From contig JBNGBT010000005.1 of NCBI GenBank assembly GCA_049903315.1, positions 199,475 to 263,474 on the forward strand: a stretch of 64,000 nt of DNA, read 5' to 3'. Every line of letters starts with the position of its first letter. Position 1 is the stretch's first letter. A program made the position numbers and the translations under genes. The stretch comes from Candidatus Cloacimonadota bacterium. Its GTDB lineage: Bacteria; Cloacimonadota; Cloacimonadia; JGIOTU-2. Below the pieces are notes generated by a model. The model saw nothing but the letters and a program-made list of their open reading frames with translations. It searched no databases and was not told the DNA's origin. Shown one piece after another: positions 17,296 to 26,219 of this stretch.

Positions 17296-18561
17296 TTAGC
17301 TTTTTATAAAATTCGGGTAGAAAATTCCACCGCTTGGTACAATGTAGCAGGAGAATTCCTCACCTTCTTTGTTTCTCACAAATTCGAGAGCTTCTTCCAC
17401 AGATTCAGCAGGAATAAAATGCACTGCTTTTACGAGTTCGGGATCCATAGAGCTGATAACAAGAATATCAGCCTGCTTCAATAATCTGCCTGTGGCGAAA
17501 GCGCGATGTCCTCCGATCTGAATATCTTTTTGATCAACTTTGAAGAGATCATCGACTGTATTGGCTTTTCGCAGTTGTTTTTCCATTTCATCCTGTCCCA
17601 TATTTTCCCTGCTTTCCGTAACTAATATAACGGTACCCCCCTCTTTAACGAGGTCTATTGTGCTGTTTAATGCCTTCTGCGATTGATAAAAATTTATATC
17701 CTTGGGATAACCGCCTACTGATACTATCACTGCATCAGCCTTTTCCGAGAATTTTACAGAATTGTTTTCATTGAAGAATTTTACTCCTTCATAAAAGGCA
17801 TCATTGAGTGAACCTGCAAAGCATTGAACGAGTTTTTTTTCATGATTAAGAATAGACTGTACAGTAAAATCGATTCCTACCTTTGCTGCTGCTTCAGTCA
17901 TTTCAAGGTGTATTTTATTGCCTTCCAGATTTCCAAGAGCAGCGTAATGATGAATAATGTTTGAGTGATTGTGACGTACGGTTTCATACCCGGAAATTCC
18001 CGGCAGAACTGATTTTCTTCCTCCGCCGAAACCTGCAAAGTAATGGGGACTTATCACACCTATTGTGATAATAAAATCAGCTTCTGCGACACGTTTATTT
18101 ACATACAACTCATTCCCGGAAGCCAACGCGCCGAGATGAACAAGGTCGACAGCCCTGCAATCATGATTTGCTATGGAGAAGTTATCGACAACCCAATTTC
18201 CGTAATGATAGCGCATTTCCGATTCCGTCATTTTTCTGTGTGTGCCGTTTGCGACCTGGATGTGAATCGCGCTTTGAGGAATTCCATAGGAGATGAGTTC
18301 CTGAAGTATTGTTTTCAGGAGAATCGCAAAAGGAGCAGGACGGGTAATATCACTAACTATAATAACAATGTTTTGAGGTTGCTTGCTTTTTATCAGCTCG
18401 CGTAGAGAAGGAGAAGCAATAGGGGATTCAATTTTTTCGCGAATGAGTTCTGCAGGATTATTGTGCGCATCAACATGCTTCATCTCAAGAATTCCCAGTA
18501 CATTCCTGTCTGGTATTTCGAATGTTTTATAGCCTTTGCCGTATTTCAGTTTAATTTCCAT
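17296..18561 (-). CDS. larA: LarA-family nickel-pincer-dependent racemase/epimerase
   Basis: VSDITRP, ANGTHR, PHYFAGFGGGRKS, GGYPKDINFYQSQK, IGGH. Substrate not certain. Confidence 0.82.
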   Translation of the reverse strand: MEIKLKYGKGYKTFEIPDRNVLGILEMKHVDAHNNPAELIREKIESPIASPSLRELIKSKQPQNIVIIVSDITRPAPFAILLKTILQELISYGIPQSAIHIQVANGTHRKMTESEMRYHYGNWVVDNFSIANHDCRAVDLVHLGALASGNELYVNKRVAEADFIITIGVISPHYFAGFGGGRKSVLPGISGYETVRHNHSNIIHHYAALGNLEGNKIHLEMTEAAAKVGIDFTVQSILNHEKKLVQCFAGSLNDAFYEGVKFFNENNSVKFSEKADAVIVSVGGYPKDINFYQSQKALNSTIDLVKEGGTVILVTESRENMGQDEMEKQLRKANTVDDLFKVDQKDIQIGGHRAFATGRLLKQADILVISSMDPELVKAVHFIPAESVEEALEFVRNKEGEEFSCYIVPSGGIFYPNFIKS

Positions 18562-18567
18562 ATTTTA

Positions 18568-21252
18568 TTAATGTGCATCAAACCAGCTCTTACCATAACC
18601 GATATCTACCTTGATTGGTACAATACCTACATATTCGTCGGGGAGCACATTCTCCATCTCTTTTTTGATTAAATTTTTATAAAAATCAATCTTGTCTTTT
18701 TTTATCTCAAATACCAATTCATCATGTACCTGGATGATCATCATAATCTCATCTGTTTTATGAGAAATCTTATCATAAAGTGCATTCATTGCGATTTTTA
18801 TCATGTCTGCTGCAGTGCCTTGAATTGGCATATTTATTGCCATGCGTTCTTCGTTTGACTGCACATTTCTGTTCCGGCTGTTAATGCCCGGCAGGTATCT
18901 GCGTCTGTTAAAAATGGTCTTAACATATCCTTTATCATGAGCGAATTTTTTTGTGGATTCAAGGTAGTTATATACTCCTCTGTAAAAGGAAAAGTAATTA
19001 TCAATAAATTCCTGAGCTTCTGATCGTGAAATACGGAGATCTTCTGATAATGAGAAAGCTCCCATGCCGTAAATGATTCCGAAATTTATCACTTTTGCCT
19101 GTCTTCTTTGGTCCGGCGTAACTGCTTTTTCATTAATTCCGAAAATAGTTGCAGCAGTTTGTGAATGAATATCTCCACCCTTTTTAAAATTCTCGATCAT
19201 CTGTTCATCTTTTGAGAGCATGGCAACAATCCGGAGTTCTATTTGTGAATAGTCTGCAGATAGGATGAGATGGTCATCTTTTTGAGCGATAAATCCTTTT
19301 CTCATTTCTCTGCCAATCTCAGTACGGATCGGTATATTCTGTAGATTTGGATTTGAACTTGAGAGTCGTCCTGTTGCAGTCACAGTCTGATTAAATGAAG
19401 AATGAATGCGGTGCGTTCTTGAATTTATGAGTTTGGGAAACGCATCGATATATGTGGACTGCAATTTTTTCAACTGCCTGTAATCAATGATATCCTGTGC
19501 GATTTCATATGTTCTGCTAAGTTTCGTAAGCACCTCAATATCAGTGGAATAGCCTGTTTTTGTTTTCTTGATTATTGGCAGATCCATTTTGTCAAACAGT
19601 ACTTCGGCAAGTTGTGAAGGGGAATCAATATTGAACTGTTCACCTGTTTTGAAATAGATTGTATCTTTCAGTTCCTCGGTTTTATGCTGAAGTTCATTTG
19701 ATATCTTTCTGAAAAGCGGAAGGTCGATGTAAATACCGTTTCTTTCCATTTGTGCAAGAGCTTTGACCAAAGGCATTTCTATCTCGTAGAATAGTTTTGA
19801 GAGTTCAGCTTTATCGATTTGGGATTTAAGTTTTTCCCAGAGCAGGAAGGTGATGTATGCATCCTCTGCAGCATATTCAGCAGCTTTCTCTATTTCAGCT
19901 TCTCCAAACTGGATTTGATTTTTTCCTTTCCCGATTATATCTGTAATGGGTATCATTTTGTGTTGGAGAAATTTCATGCTTACTTCATTGAGGTTGTGGC
20001 GGTGCTCTTCCGGCGCAAGCACATACGAACCGATCAACGTATCAAAATAAAGATTATTTACCTCAATCCCTTCATTCTGGAAAACCATATAATCATATTT
20101 AACATTGTGCCCTATAAATTTCTTTAAAGGATCTTCCAAAATTGGTTTTAATTCATATAAAACTTTCTCTTTATTGAGTTGTTTTCCAAAAATATGTTCT
20201 ACAGGAATGTAAAACGATTTTTCATCACTCGCACAAAATGAGATGCCCACGATACGGGCTTCAATTGGATTGCGCGAGTCGGTTTCGAGATCAACAGCAA
20301 TATAGGATGAACTCTTCAACAAGGTTAATAATGCCGAGAAAGATTTCTCATTATCCACGATCTCGTAAGAAAATTCTTTTTTCTCAGGCTGCTCGATATC
20401 ACCCTCAAAATATTTCATAAAGGCATACATTTCGTAGTGTACACAGAAATCCCTCAAGGACTCAGTAAATATATCAGGTACTTTCATAGAATCTATAGAA
20501 AGTTCGATGGGAACATGTTTATCAAGAATGACGAGTTCTTTTGAAAGCCGTCCCTGATCAGCAAATTCTGTGAGTGTAGTTTTTATTTTTTCAGAAGTTA
20601 TCTCGCCTGCATGGCTGAGTATACTTTCCAGATCGCCATAATCTTTGATGAGCTTTGCGGCGGTTTTCGGTCCTACTTTTGGAATTCCCGGAACATTATC
20701 TGAAGAATCTCCGGCAAGTGCAAGAAGGTCAGTAATTTTTTCGGGAGGAACATCAAATTTCTCTTCAACCTCTTTTATGCCGATAAATTTGTCTTTTGCA
20801 GGTTCGTATAATTTCACATGTTCATTCACAAGCTGGTACAGATCTTTATCAGAAGACACAATAACAATATCGTGTTCATCCTCATAACGATTTGTCAGAG
20901 TGGCAATTATGTCGTCTGCTTCATAACCTGGTTTGGAGAGCTTCGCAATATGTGAAAGTGTGACCATGTCAATGATGGGTTCAAGCTGTTCGACAAGGTC
21001 TTCAGGCATTTTATCCCGTGTTGCTTTGTATTCTTTGTATACTTTATGACGGAAAGTGGGTTCCTTTTCATCAAAAGTAATTGCAAAATACTCAGGTTCA
21101 AATCGCTCAAAAAGGGAGATGATCGTTCGCAGAAAACCGAAGATCGCACTTGTGTTTTCTCCCCTGGAATTGATGAGCGGACGGTTCTTGAATGCAAAAT
21201 AAGAACGATATATTATAGCTGAGCCGTCAATGACATATATTGATTTTTTCAT
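18568..21252 (-). CDS. polA: DNA polymerase I (5'-3' exonuclease, intact 3'-5' exonuclease motifs, polymerase)
   Basis: IDGSAIIYRSYFA, GYEADD, GDSSDNVPG, VDLETD, HNVKYD, YAAEDA, TGRLSSSNPNLQNIP, ADYSQIELR, KVINFGIIYG, QVHDELVFE. Confidence 0.98.
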   Translation of the reverse strand: MKKSIYVIDGSAIIYRSYFAFKNRPLINSRGENTSAIFGFLRTIISLFERFEPEYFAITFDEKEPTFRHKVYKEYKATRDKMPEDLVEQLEPIIDMVTLSHIAKLSKPGYEADDIIATLTNRYEDEHDIVIVSSDKDLYQLVNEHVKLYEPAKDKFIGIKEVEEKFDVPPEKITDLLALAGDSSDNVPGIPKVGPKTAAKLIKDYGDLESILSHAGEITSEKIKTTLTEFADQGRLSKELVILDKHVPIELSIDSMKVPDIFTESLRDFCVHYEMYAFMKYFEGDIEQPEKKEFSYEIVDNEKSFSALLTLLKSSSYIAVDLETDSRNPIEARIVGISFCASDEKSFYIPVEHIFGKQLNKEKVLYELKPILEDPLKKFIGHNVKYDYMVFQNEGIEVNNLYFDTLIGSYVLAPEEHRHNLNEVSMKFLQHKMIPITDIIGKGKNQIQFGEAEIEKAAEYAAEDAYITFLLWEKLKSQIDKAELSKLFYEIEMPLVKALAQMERNGIYIDLPLFRKISNELQHKTEELKDTIYFKTGEQFNIDSPSQLAEVLFDKMDLPIIKKTKTGYSTDIEVLTKLSRTYEIAQDIIDYRQLKKLQSTYIDAFPKLINSRTHRIHSSFNQTVTATGRLSSSNPNLQNIPIRTEIGREMRKGFIAQKDDHLILSADYSQIELRIVAMLSKDEQMIENFKKGGDIHSQTAATIFGINEKAVTPDQRRQAKVINFGIIYGMGAFSLSEDLRISRSEAQEFIDNYFSFYRGVYNYLESTKKFAHDKGYVKTIFNRRRYLPGINSRNRNVQSNEERMAINMPIQGTAADMIKIAMNALYDKISHKTDEIMMIIQVHDELVFEIKKDKIDFYKNLIKKEMENVLPDEYVGIVPIKVDIGYGKSWFDAH

Positions 21253-21339
21253 ACGAACATTTCCAGTATCCGCTGTGTAAGTGTCAATAATAATATTGAC
21301 AAAAATTGATCAAATGAAAAGACATCATATTAATATATT

Positions 21340-22461
21340 ATGTTAATAAAAAAATATTTATTTATAATTTTACTGATTTTATTCAGCGCTTCACTTTGTG
21401 CAAAAGAGTATGGCGTTTCATATCTGAACTCCTCTCGCAGAGACCATTTACCGATCATGGTAATAGAGGGAAGGGATTATCTGAACCTGTATGATCTCGA
21501 ACGTATCTTTGACGGATCTATCAAGGTAGATCAGAAATCACAAACAATAAGCTCTGTCATTTTTGATAAAAAGTGTGAGTTTTCTTTTTTTAATAACTGG
21601 GTGCATTTTGGAAACCACAGCTACAACCTGCATAATGACATTCAGGTCGTGAATGGTTTCTTTTATGTGCCGGTATATTTTTTACATCTTTGTGCTGATA
21701 AGTTTTTTCCTGATGAAGTCATTTTGGACGATGGAAATGTGATTATAAATTTTGCTTCGATGGAAAAATATCTGATAAAAACTATTGTACTCGATCCGGG
21801 ACATGGAGGAAAAGATCCCGGTGCAGTGGGAAGAATACTTGGCCTTCAGGAAAAAGATATTGTGCTTAATATTGCAAAAAAAGTTAAGGCATTGCTCGAG
21901 AAAGATCTTGATGTGAAAGTACTTCTCACTCGGCATGATGACAGGTTTGTTTCGCTTGGCGATAGAACGGATTTTGCCAATGACAATCAAGCTGATATTT
22001 TTGTAAGCATTCACTGCAACGCAGCATATAATACTAAAGCAAATGGTTCTGAAGTATATTATCTGTCTACAGCTCAAACCCATGAGGCGCGTGCAGTCGA
22101 GGCAATGGAGAATGAGGTGATCAAATTTGAAGATCAGGAAAGTATCTCCCGTTACACAGATCTTGATTTCATTCTTTATGATATGCGTCAAACTGAGTAT
22201 CTCAACGAGAGCAGTGAACTTTCTGATATGTGCCAGAAGCAGCTGGTAAATACTCTTTCAACAAAAAATAATGGAGTTCGTCAGGCAAATTTCTATGTGC
22301 TTCGCGGTGCTTTCATGCCTGCGGTACTTGTCGAAGTTGCATATCTTTCTAATAAATATGAAGAAAAAAAACTTCTTTCCAAAGATTTTCAGGAAAAAGC
22401 TGCAAAAGCAATATATACGAGCATAAAGCAGTTTAAAGATAAATACGATAAGATGAATTAA
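21340..22461 (+). CDS. N-acetylmuramoyl-L-alanine amidase (Amidase_3, AmiC-like)
   Basis: Signal peptide, IVLDPGHGGKDPGA, EKDIVL, TRHDDRFVSLGDRT, FVSIHCNA, FYVLRGAFMPAVLVEV. Confidence 0.93.
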   Translation: MLIKKYLFIILLILFSASLCAKEYGVSYLNSSRRDHLPIMVIEGRDYLNLYDLERIFDGSIKVDQKSQTISSVIFDKKCEFSFFNNWVHFGNHSYNLHNDIQVVNGFFYVPVYFLHLCADKFFPDEVILDDGNVIINFASMEKYLIKTIVLDPGHGGKDPGAVGRILGLQEKDIVLNIAKKVKALLEKDLDVKVLLTRHDDRFVSLGDRTDFANDNQADIFVSIHCNAAYNTKANGSEVYYLSTAQTHEARAVEAMENEVIKFEDQESISRYTDLDFILYDMRQTEYLNESSELSDMCQKQLVNTLSTKNNGVRQANFYVLRGAFMPAVLVEVAYLSNKYEEKKLLSKDFQEKAAKAIYTSIKQFKDKYDKMN

Positions 22462-22479
22462 ATTTTTGAGGTGAATAAA

Positions 22480-24072
22480 ATGAAAAAGATAATTCTGATT
22501 GTTATAATAAGTTTTTTTATTCTCACCTGTAATGTTTCTGCCAAGTCGATGTTCGCCATCGGCAATATGTACGGAGCACCCACTACAGTCATTCTCTCTT
22601 ATGATATGCAACTCGAAGGAATTCAAAAACAAGAGATCTTGAACATTCCCAATCACGGCACCGGTGCATATGATATGTCTATAGAACCATATAATGAACT
22701 CTTGTTTATCTCCTATAGGAATAGTAATGTTGTAGAAGTGGTATATGCGCCATTACTTACAAGTTGGGGATTTGCAGAGCTCGGAGAAATCACAAATCCT
22801 GCAAGTATTAAATACAATTATGGAACAAATACTCTGTTTGCTCTTGAAAGGAATACAAACAAGCTTTATCCATATACTTGGTATTATCAGGATACAACTT
22901 TTACTTATGCGAATCATTTTGCTCCTCATTATACTGAGCTTGAAAACATAGTAAGTGCGCAGGACATGGCTTTTGATGAAGATAATAATTTGCTCTATGT
23001 GGCTGACAGCACACAAAAATTAATCCATTATTATGCAGTTTATGATATGTACGATATCAAGAACGAAATATTATATTCCGATAGTATTGAAGTCGATCAG
23101 AAACCAACCTCCATTGCAGTCGAAGACGGGAAATATCTCTACATTGCAAATAATTCATATGGTTCCAAAATTCTTCAATATGATCTCAAATCCTTAACAC
23201 TACGCTCTTATGAGCTTTCTGCTGATAGTTATGTTATGAAATTAGCTGTTGATCAATTCACAGGAAATGTCTTTGCATCATTGAGTACTACATCAGGTAT
23301 AAATAAAATCCTTGTGCTTGATGACATTCTTGAAGAACTCTACATTCTTGAAGATGAGGAGATAGTGTGGCCATCTGGAATATGTGTTCCTGATCAGGAT
23401 ATTGGGTATAATCCCTTCGATGTTCAGAAGGATGATGGAGTTTTCACATGGATTTCTCCAAATAAAATAATGAGGTATACTATTTCATATCAAAATTTAC
23501 TTAATTACCAGTTAGATGATGTGCTCATCACAGACTGGCTTCCTTCAGATCAGCATGTGTCGATGCACGATGTGAGCACTGGCGGTGTATATGATCAGCA
23601 GGAGCATCTTATTACCTGGGAGGTTGGGTCTTTGCCTGCTGGCGGAGATGAAGAAGAAGTCTGGGTAGAAGTACGTGTAAGTTCCGGCATCCAAACTCCT
23701 GATACATTGACCAATTACTGTACAATTGGGAATGATGAGGTGACCACAACCACGTACGTGCAAACTCTTGTACGAAGTAAAACTCCGATCACTCAATCCT
23801 ATTTTGATCCGAATCCCTTTTGTCCCAGTATACCTACCGATGCAGGTTTCGCACATTTGAATTTTACGCACAAAGATTCTCCAATAACGCTCGTTAAAAT
23901 TTTTGATATGTCTGGTGAATTAGTACTTGAGACAAAGAATTGGAACTCCACAGAAGTATTTTGGGGCGGGAGGAATCAATCCGGAAAATACGTAGCAAAC
24001 GGCGTTTATTTTATGATAGTTATGAATGAAGCCAAAGAGAAAGCACTTATTAAAATTGCAGTGCTCAGGTAA
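22480..24072 (+). CDS. Secreted beta-propeller + DUF11 + FlgD-Ig-like C-terminal domain protein
   Basis: Signal peptide MKKIIL (GAGGTG RBS), propeller-like repeats, YTISYQN...ITDWLP...GGVYD...ITWEVGSL (DUF11), PNPF...IFDMSGELV...WGGRNQSGKYVANGVY...KIAVLR. Confidence 0.75.
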   Translation: MKKIILIVIISFFILTCNVSAKSMFAIGNMYGAPTTVILSYDMQLEGIQKQEILNIPNHGTGAYDMSIEPYNELLFISYRNSNVVEVVYAPLLTSWGFAELGEITNPASIKYNYGTNTLFALERNTNKLYPYTWYYQDTTFTYANHFAPHYTELENIVSAQDMAFDEDNNLLYVADSTQKLIHYYAVYDMYDIKNEILYSDSIEVDQKPTSIAVEDGKYLYIANNSYGSKILQYDLKSLTLRSYELSADSYVMKLAVDQFTGNVFASLSTTSGINKILVLDDILEELYILEDEEIVWPSGICVPDQDIGYNPFDVQKDDGVFTWISPNKIMRYTISYQNLLNYQLDDVLITDWLPSDQHVSMHDVSTGGVYDQQEHLITWEVGSLPAGGDEEEVWVEVRVSSGIQTPDTLTNYCTIGNDEVTTTTYVQTLVRSKTPITQSYFDPNPFCPSIPTDAGFAHLNFTHKDSPITLVKIFDMSGELVLETKNWNSTEVFWGGRNQSGKYVANGVYFMIVMNEAKEKALIKIAVLR

Positions 24073-24128
24073 TATTATGATAAATTTGACAGAATTATTG
24101 AAATAGAAAAGGTCATTAAGAGGTTTAT

Positions 24129-24791
24129 ATGAAATTTTTTAAAATAATTATGGTGGGATTGCTCTTAACAATGTTATCAATATCATTGTATGCACAAGCA
24201 TCTGATTCACTTCTTATGAAACTTGATGAAAACAACTATAAGATTGATATCATCAACATTGATGTTGCAAATAAAGAGATCACTTTTCCTGCAGAGTTCA
24301 ATATGAATAGAGGAGTGATCGAAACAATCCTTGTTGGTCCTCAAGGAAGATTACACGAAACGATATTAAAAACTGATGCTCTTCCATCATACATCCAGAC
24401 CTCACTTCTTCTGTTGGGTTTGGAATGTGGGCAAAACATGGAACTCGGCAACTATGACACAATGCCGGAAGGTGACTCTCTCTTTGTATATGCGATCTGG
24501 ACTGATACCTTGGGCATCTCACATGAGGAACCGATCGAGCGGTTGGTGTGGAATGTTCCCGAAAATCATGAAATGGTGAAAACATATTGGATATTCCTTG
24601 GCTCAAAGATAGTGAATGGACAATTCATTGCTGAGCTGGATCAAAACATCATAAGAACATATCATGATCCTTTTGCGATCATCCATAGTTCGCTTCCCAC
24701 AATTACGGATGATACATTCTATGAAGCAAACAGAAATATCGTTCCTGAAAACGGGACGAAAGCAATAATAAAAATAAAAGCATTACACTAA
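24129..24791 (+). CDS. YdjY-like domain protein, exported
   Basis: Signal peptide; NMNRGVIE.ILVGPQGRLHETIL.TDA.PS.IQ.SLLLLGL...P.GD...V...W...WIFLGS. Confidence 0.65.
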   Translation: MKFFKIIMVGLLLTMLSISLYAQASDSLLMKLDENNYKIDIINIDVANKEITFPAEFNMNRGVIETILVGPQGRLHETILKTDALPSYIQTSLLLLGLECGQNMELGNYDTMPEGDSLFVYAIWTDTLGISHEEPIERLVWNVPENHEMVKTYWIFLGSKIVNGQFIAELDQNIIRTYHDPFAIIHSSLPTITDDTFYEANRNIVPENGTKAIIKIKALH

Positions 24792-24807
24792 TTTTTGGAG
24801 GATATAC

Positions 24808-25911
24808 ATGAAAAAGCTATTAATTACTTTATTAATTTTAACAACCTTTGTTACTTACGGGTATGCAAAAGTTGATCTCTCGTTAACACATGAAATGGAG
24901 CATTCCATCAAGATAGGACTGCAATGGCTTGTGGAGCAGCAGGAAGATAACGGCAGCTGGCAGTTTTATCCTGCGATCACTGCACTTGCAGTAATTGCAA
25001 TTGTCAACAGCAATCCGAATATAAGCTACCAGTTCGAACCCGTTGCAAAAGGACTTGGCTTCATTGCAAGTTGCGCAAAACCGAACGGAGCTATTTATGG
25101 CGATGACATGCCCAATTACAATACTTCGATCTGTTTGATGGCACTCAAAGAAGCAAATGATCCCCAGTATTATGAACTTATTGATAAGGGGGAGAAGTAC
25201 CTGCTGGGTTTACAAATCGATGAAGAGGAAGGTTTCACAACAGACAGTTTATATTACGGAGGAGTTGGGTATGGCGGTGATGAACGTCCCGATCTTTCTA
25301 ACCTGCAATGGGCTCTGGAAGCGATGCTTGAGCGCGAACCGGTTTCTTCAGATGAACTTGAGATCAATAAAAAAGAAATGACTAATGTCGAAGAAAAGAA
25401 GATATTTTTTGATAAAGCAATAATTTTCCTTCAGCGCTGCCAGAACCTTGAAGAATACAATCCTGAATCCTATTCAGAAAACGATGGGGGATTTATGTAT
25501 GAACCCGGTATCAGCAAAGCCGGCGGTGCGACATCCTATGGAAATATGACGTATGCCGGACTGAAAAGCATGATCTATGCAAAGCTGGATAAAAACGATC
25601 CCCGTGTGCAGGCAGCATATGATTGGATCAGTAATCATTTTATAGTCGAAACAAATCCCGTACTTGGAAATCAGGGGCTTTTTTATTATTACCTCATGAT
25701 GGCAAAAGCACTCACAGCGTACGATACAGATATTATTGTTGGTGATGACGGTGTCGAACATGACTGGAGATATGAACTTGCAAACCAGCTTATAAAAATT
25801 CAGAATGAAGAGGGCTGGTGGCAGAATGAGAATGGAAGATGGTGGGAAAATAATAAAGTCCTCGTTACGACTTATTGCCTTATTGGGCTTGAGGAAATTC
25901 TTAAAGGATAA
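24808..25911 (+). CDS. Exported prenyltransferase/squalene-oxidase-repeat (alpha/alpha)6 barrel protein
   Basis: GLQWLVEQQEDNGSW, GGVGYGGDERPDLSNLQWALEA, FLQRCQN, DGGFMY, SYGNMTYAGLKS, DPRVQAAYDWI, QNEEGWW. No DXDD cyclase motif seen. Confidence 0.8.
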   Translation: MKKLLITLLILTTFVTYGYAKVDLSLTHEMEHSIKIGLQWLVEQQEDNGSWQFYPAITALAVIAIVNSNPNISYQFEPVAKGLGFIASCAKPNGAIYGDDMPNYNTSICLMALKEANDPQYYELIDKGEKYLLGLQIDEEEGFTTDSLYYGGVGYGGDERPDLSNLQWALEAMLEREPVSSDELEINKKEMTNVEEKKIFFDKAIIFLQRCQNLEEYNPESYSENDGGFMYEPGISKAGGATSYGNMTYAGLKSMIYAKLDKNDPRVQAAYDWISNHFIVETNPVLGNQGLFYYYLMMAKALTAYDTDIIVGDDGVEHDWRYELANQLIKIQNEEGWWQNENGRWWENNKVLVTTYCLIGLEEILKG

Positions 25912-26219
25912 GCGATGTCGGCTTCATTCTATTCGCTCAGAAAGTATGTATTAGTATTTGATAACTTTCTTAAATATTATATACATTATATTTTTGAGAT
26001 GCAATTTATAAACCGATTCGTTTATTTTTCTTTACAAAATTATTGCACAAAATATAAACCATACATTGATTCATGTAGCATTGAAACTTGTTCGATTTCG
26101 AGATAAAAATGAAAAATTTAAATTGTACAAAAAGTAAATTGTCTAAATTAGGCACAATTTTGAATACTACTTTCTTAAATAGTTTTATAATTTATTAATC
26201 AAAATTAATGGAGAACAGG

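Noticed and set aside
21282..21301. TGTCAA...TTGACA inverted repeat between polA and the amidase as a regulator site
   Set aside because: More simply explained as back-to-back -35 boxes of divergent promoters; the -10 elements are too weak to call.
24808..25911. Squalene-hopene or oxidosqualene cyclase / hopanoid cluster
   Set aside because: Single barrel, signal peptide, no DXDD motif and no isoprenoid pathway genes nearby.
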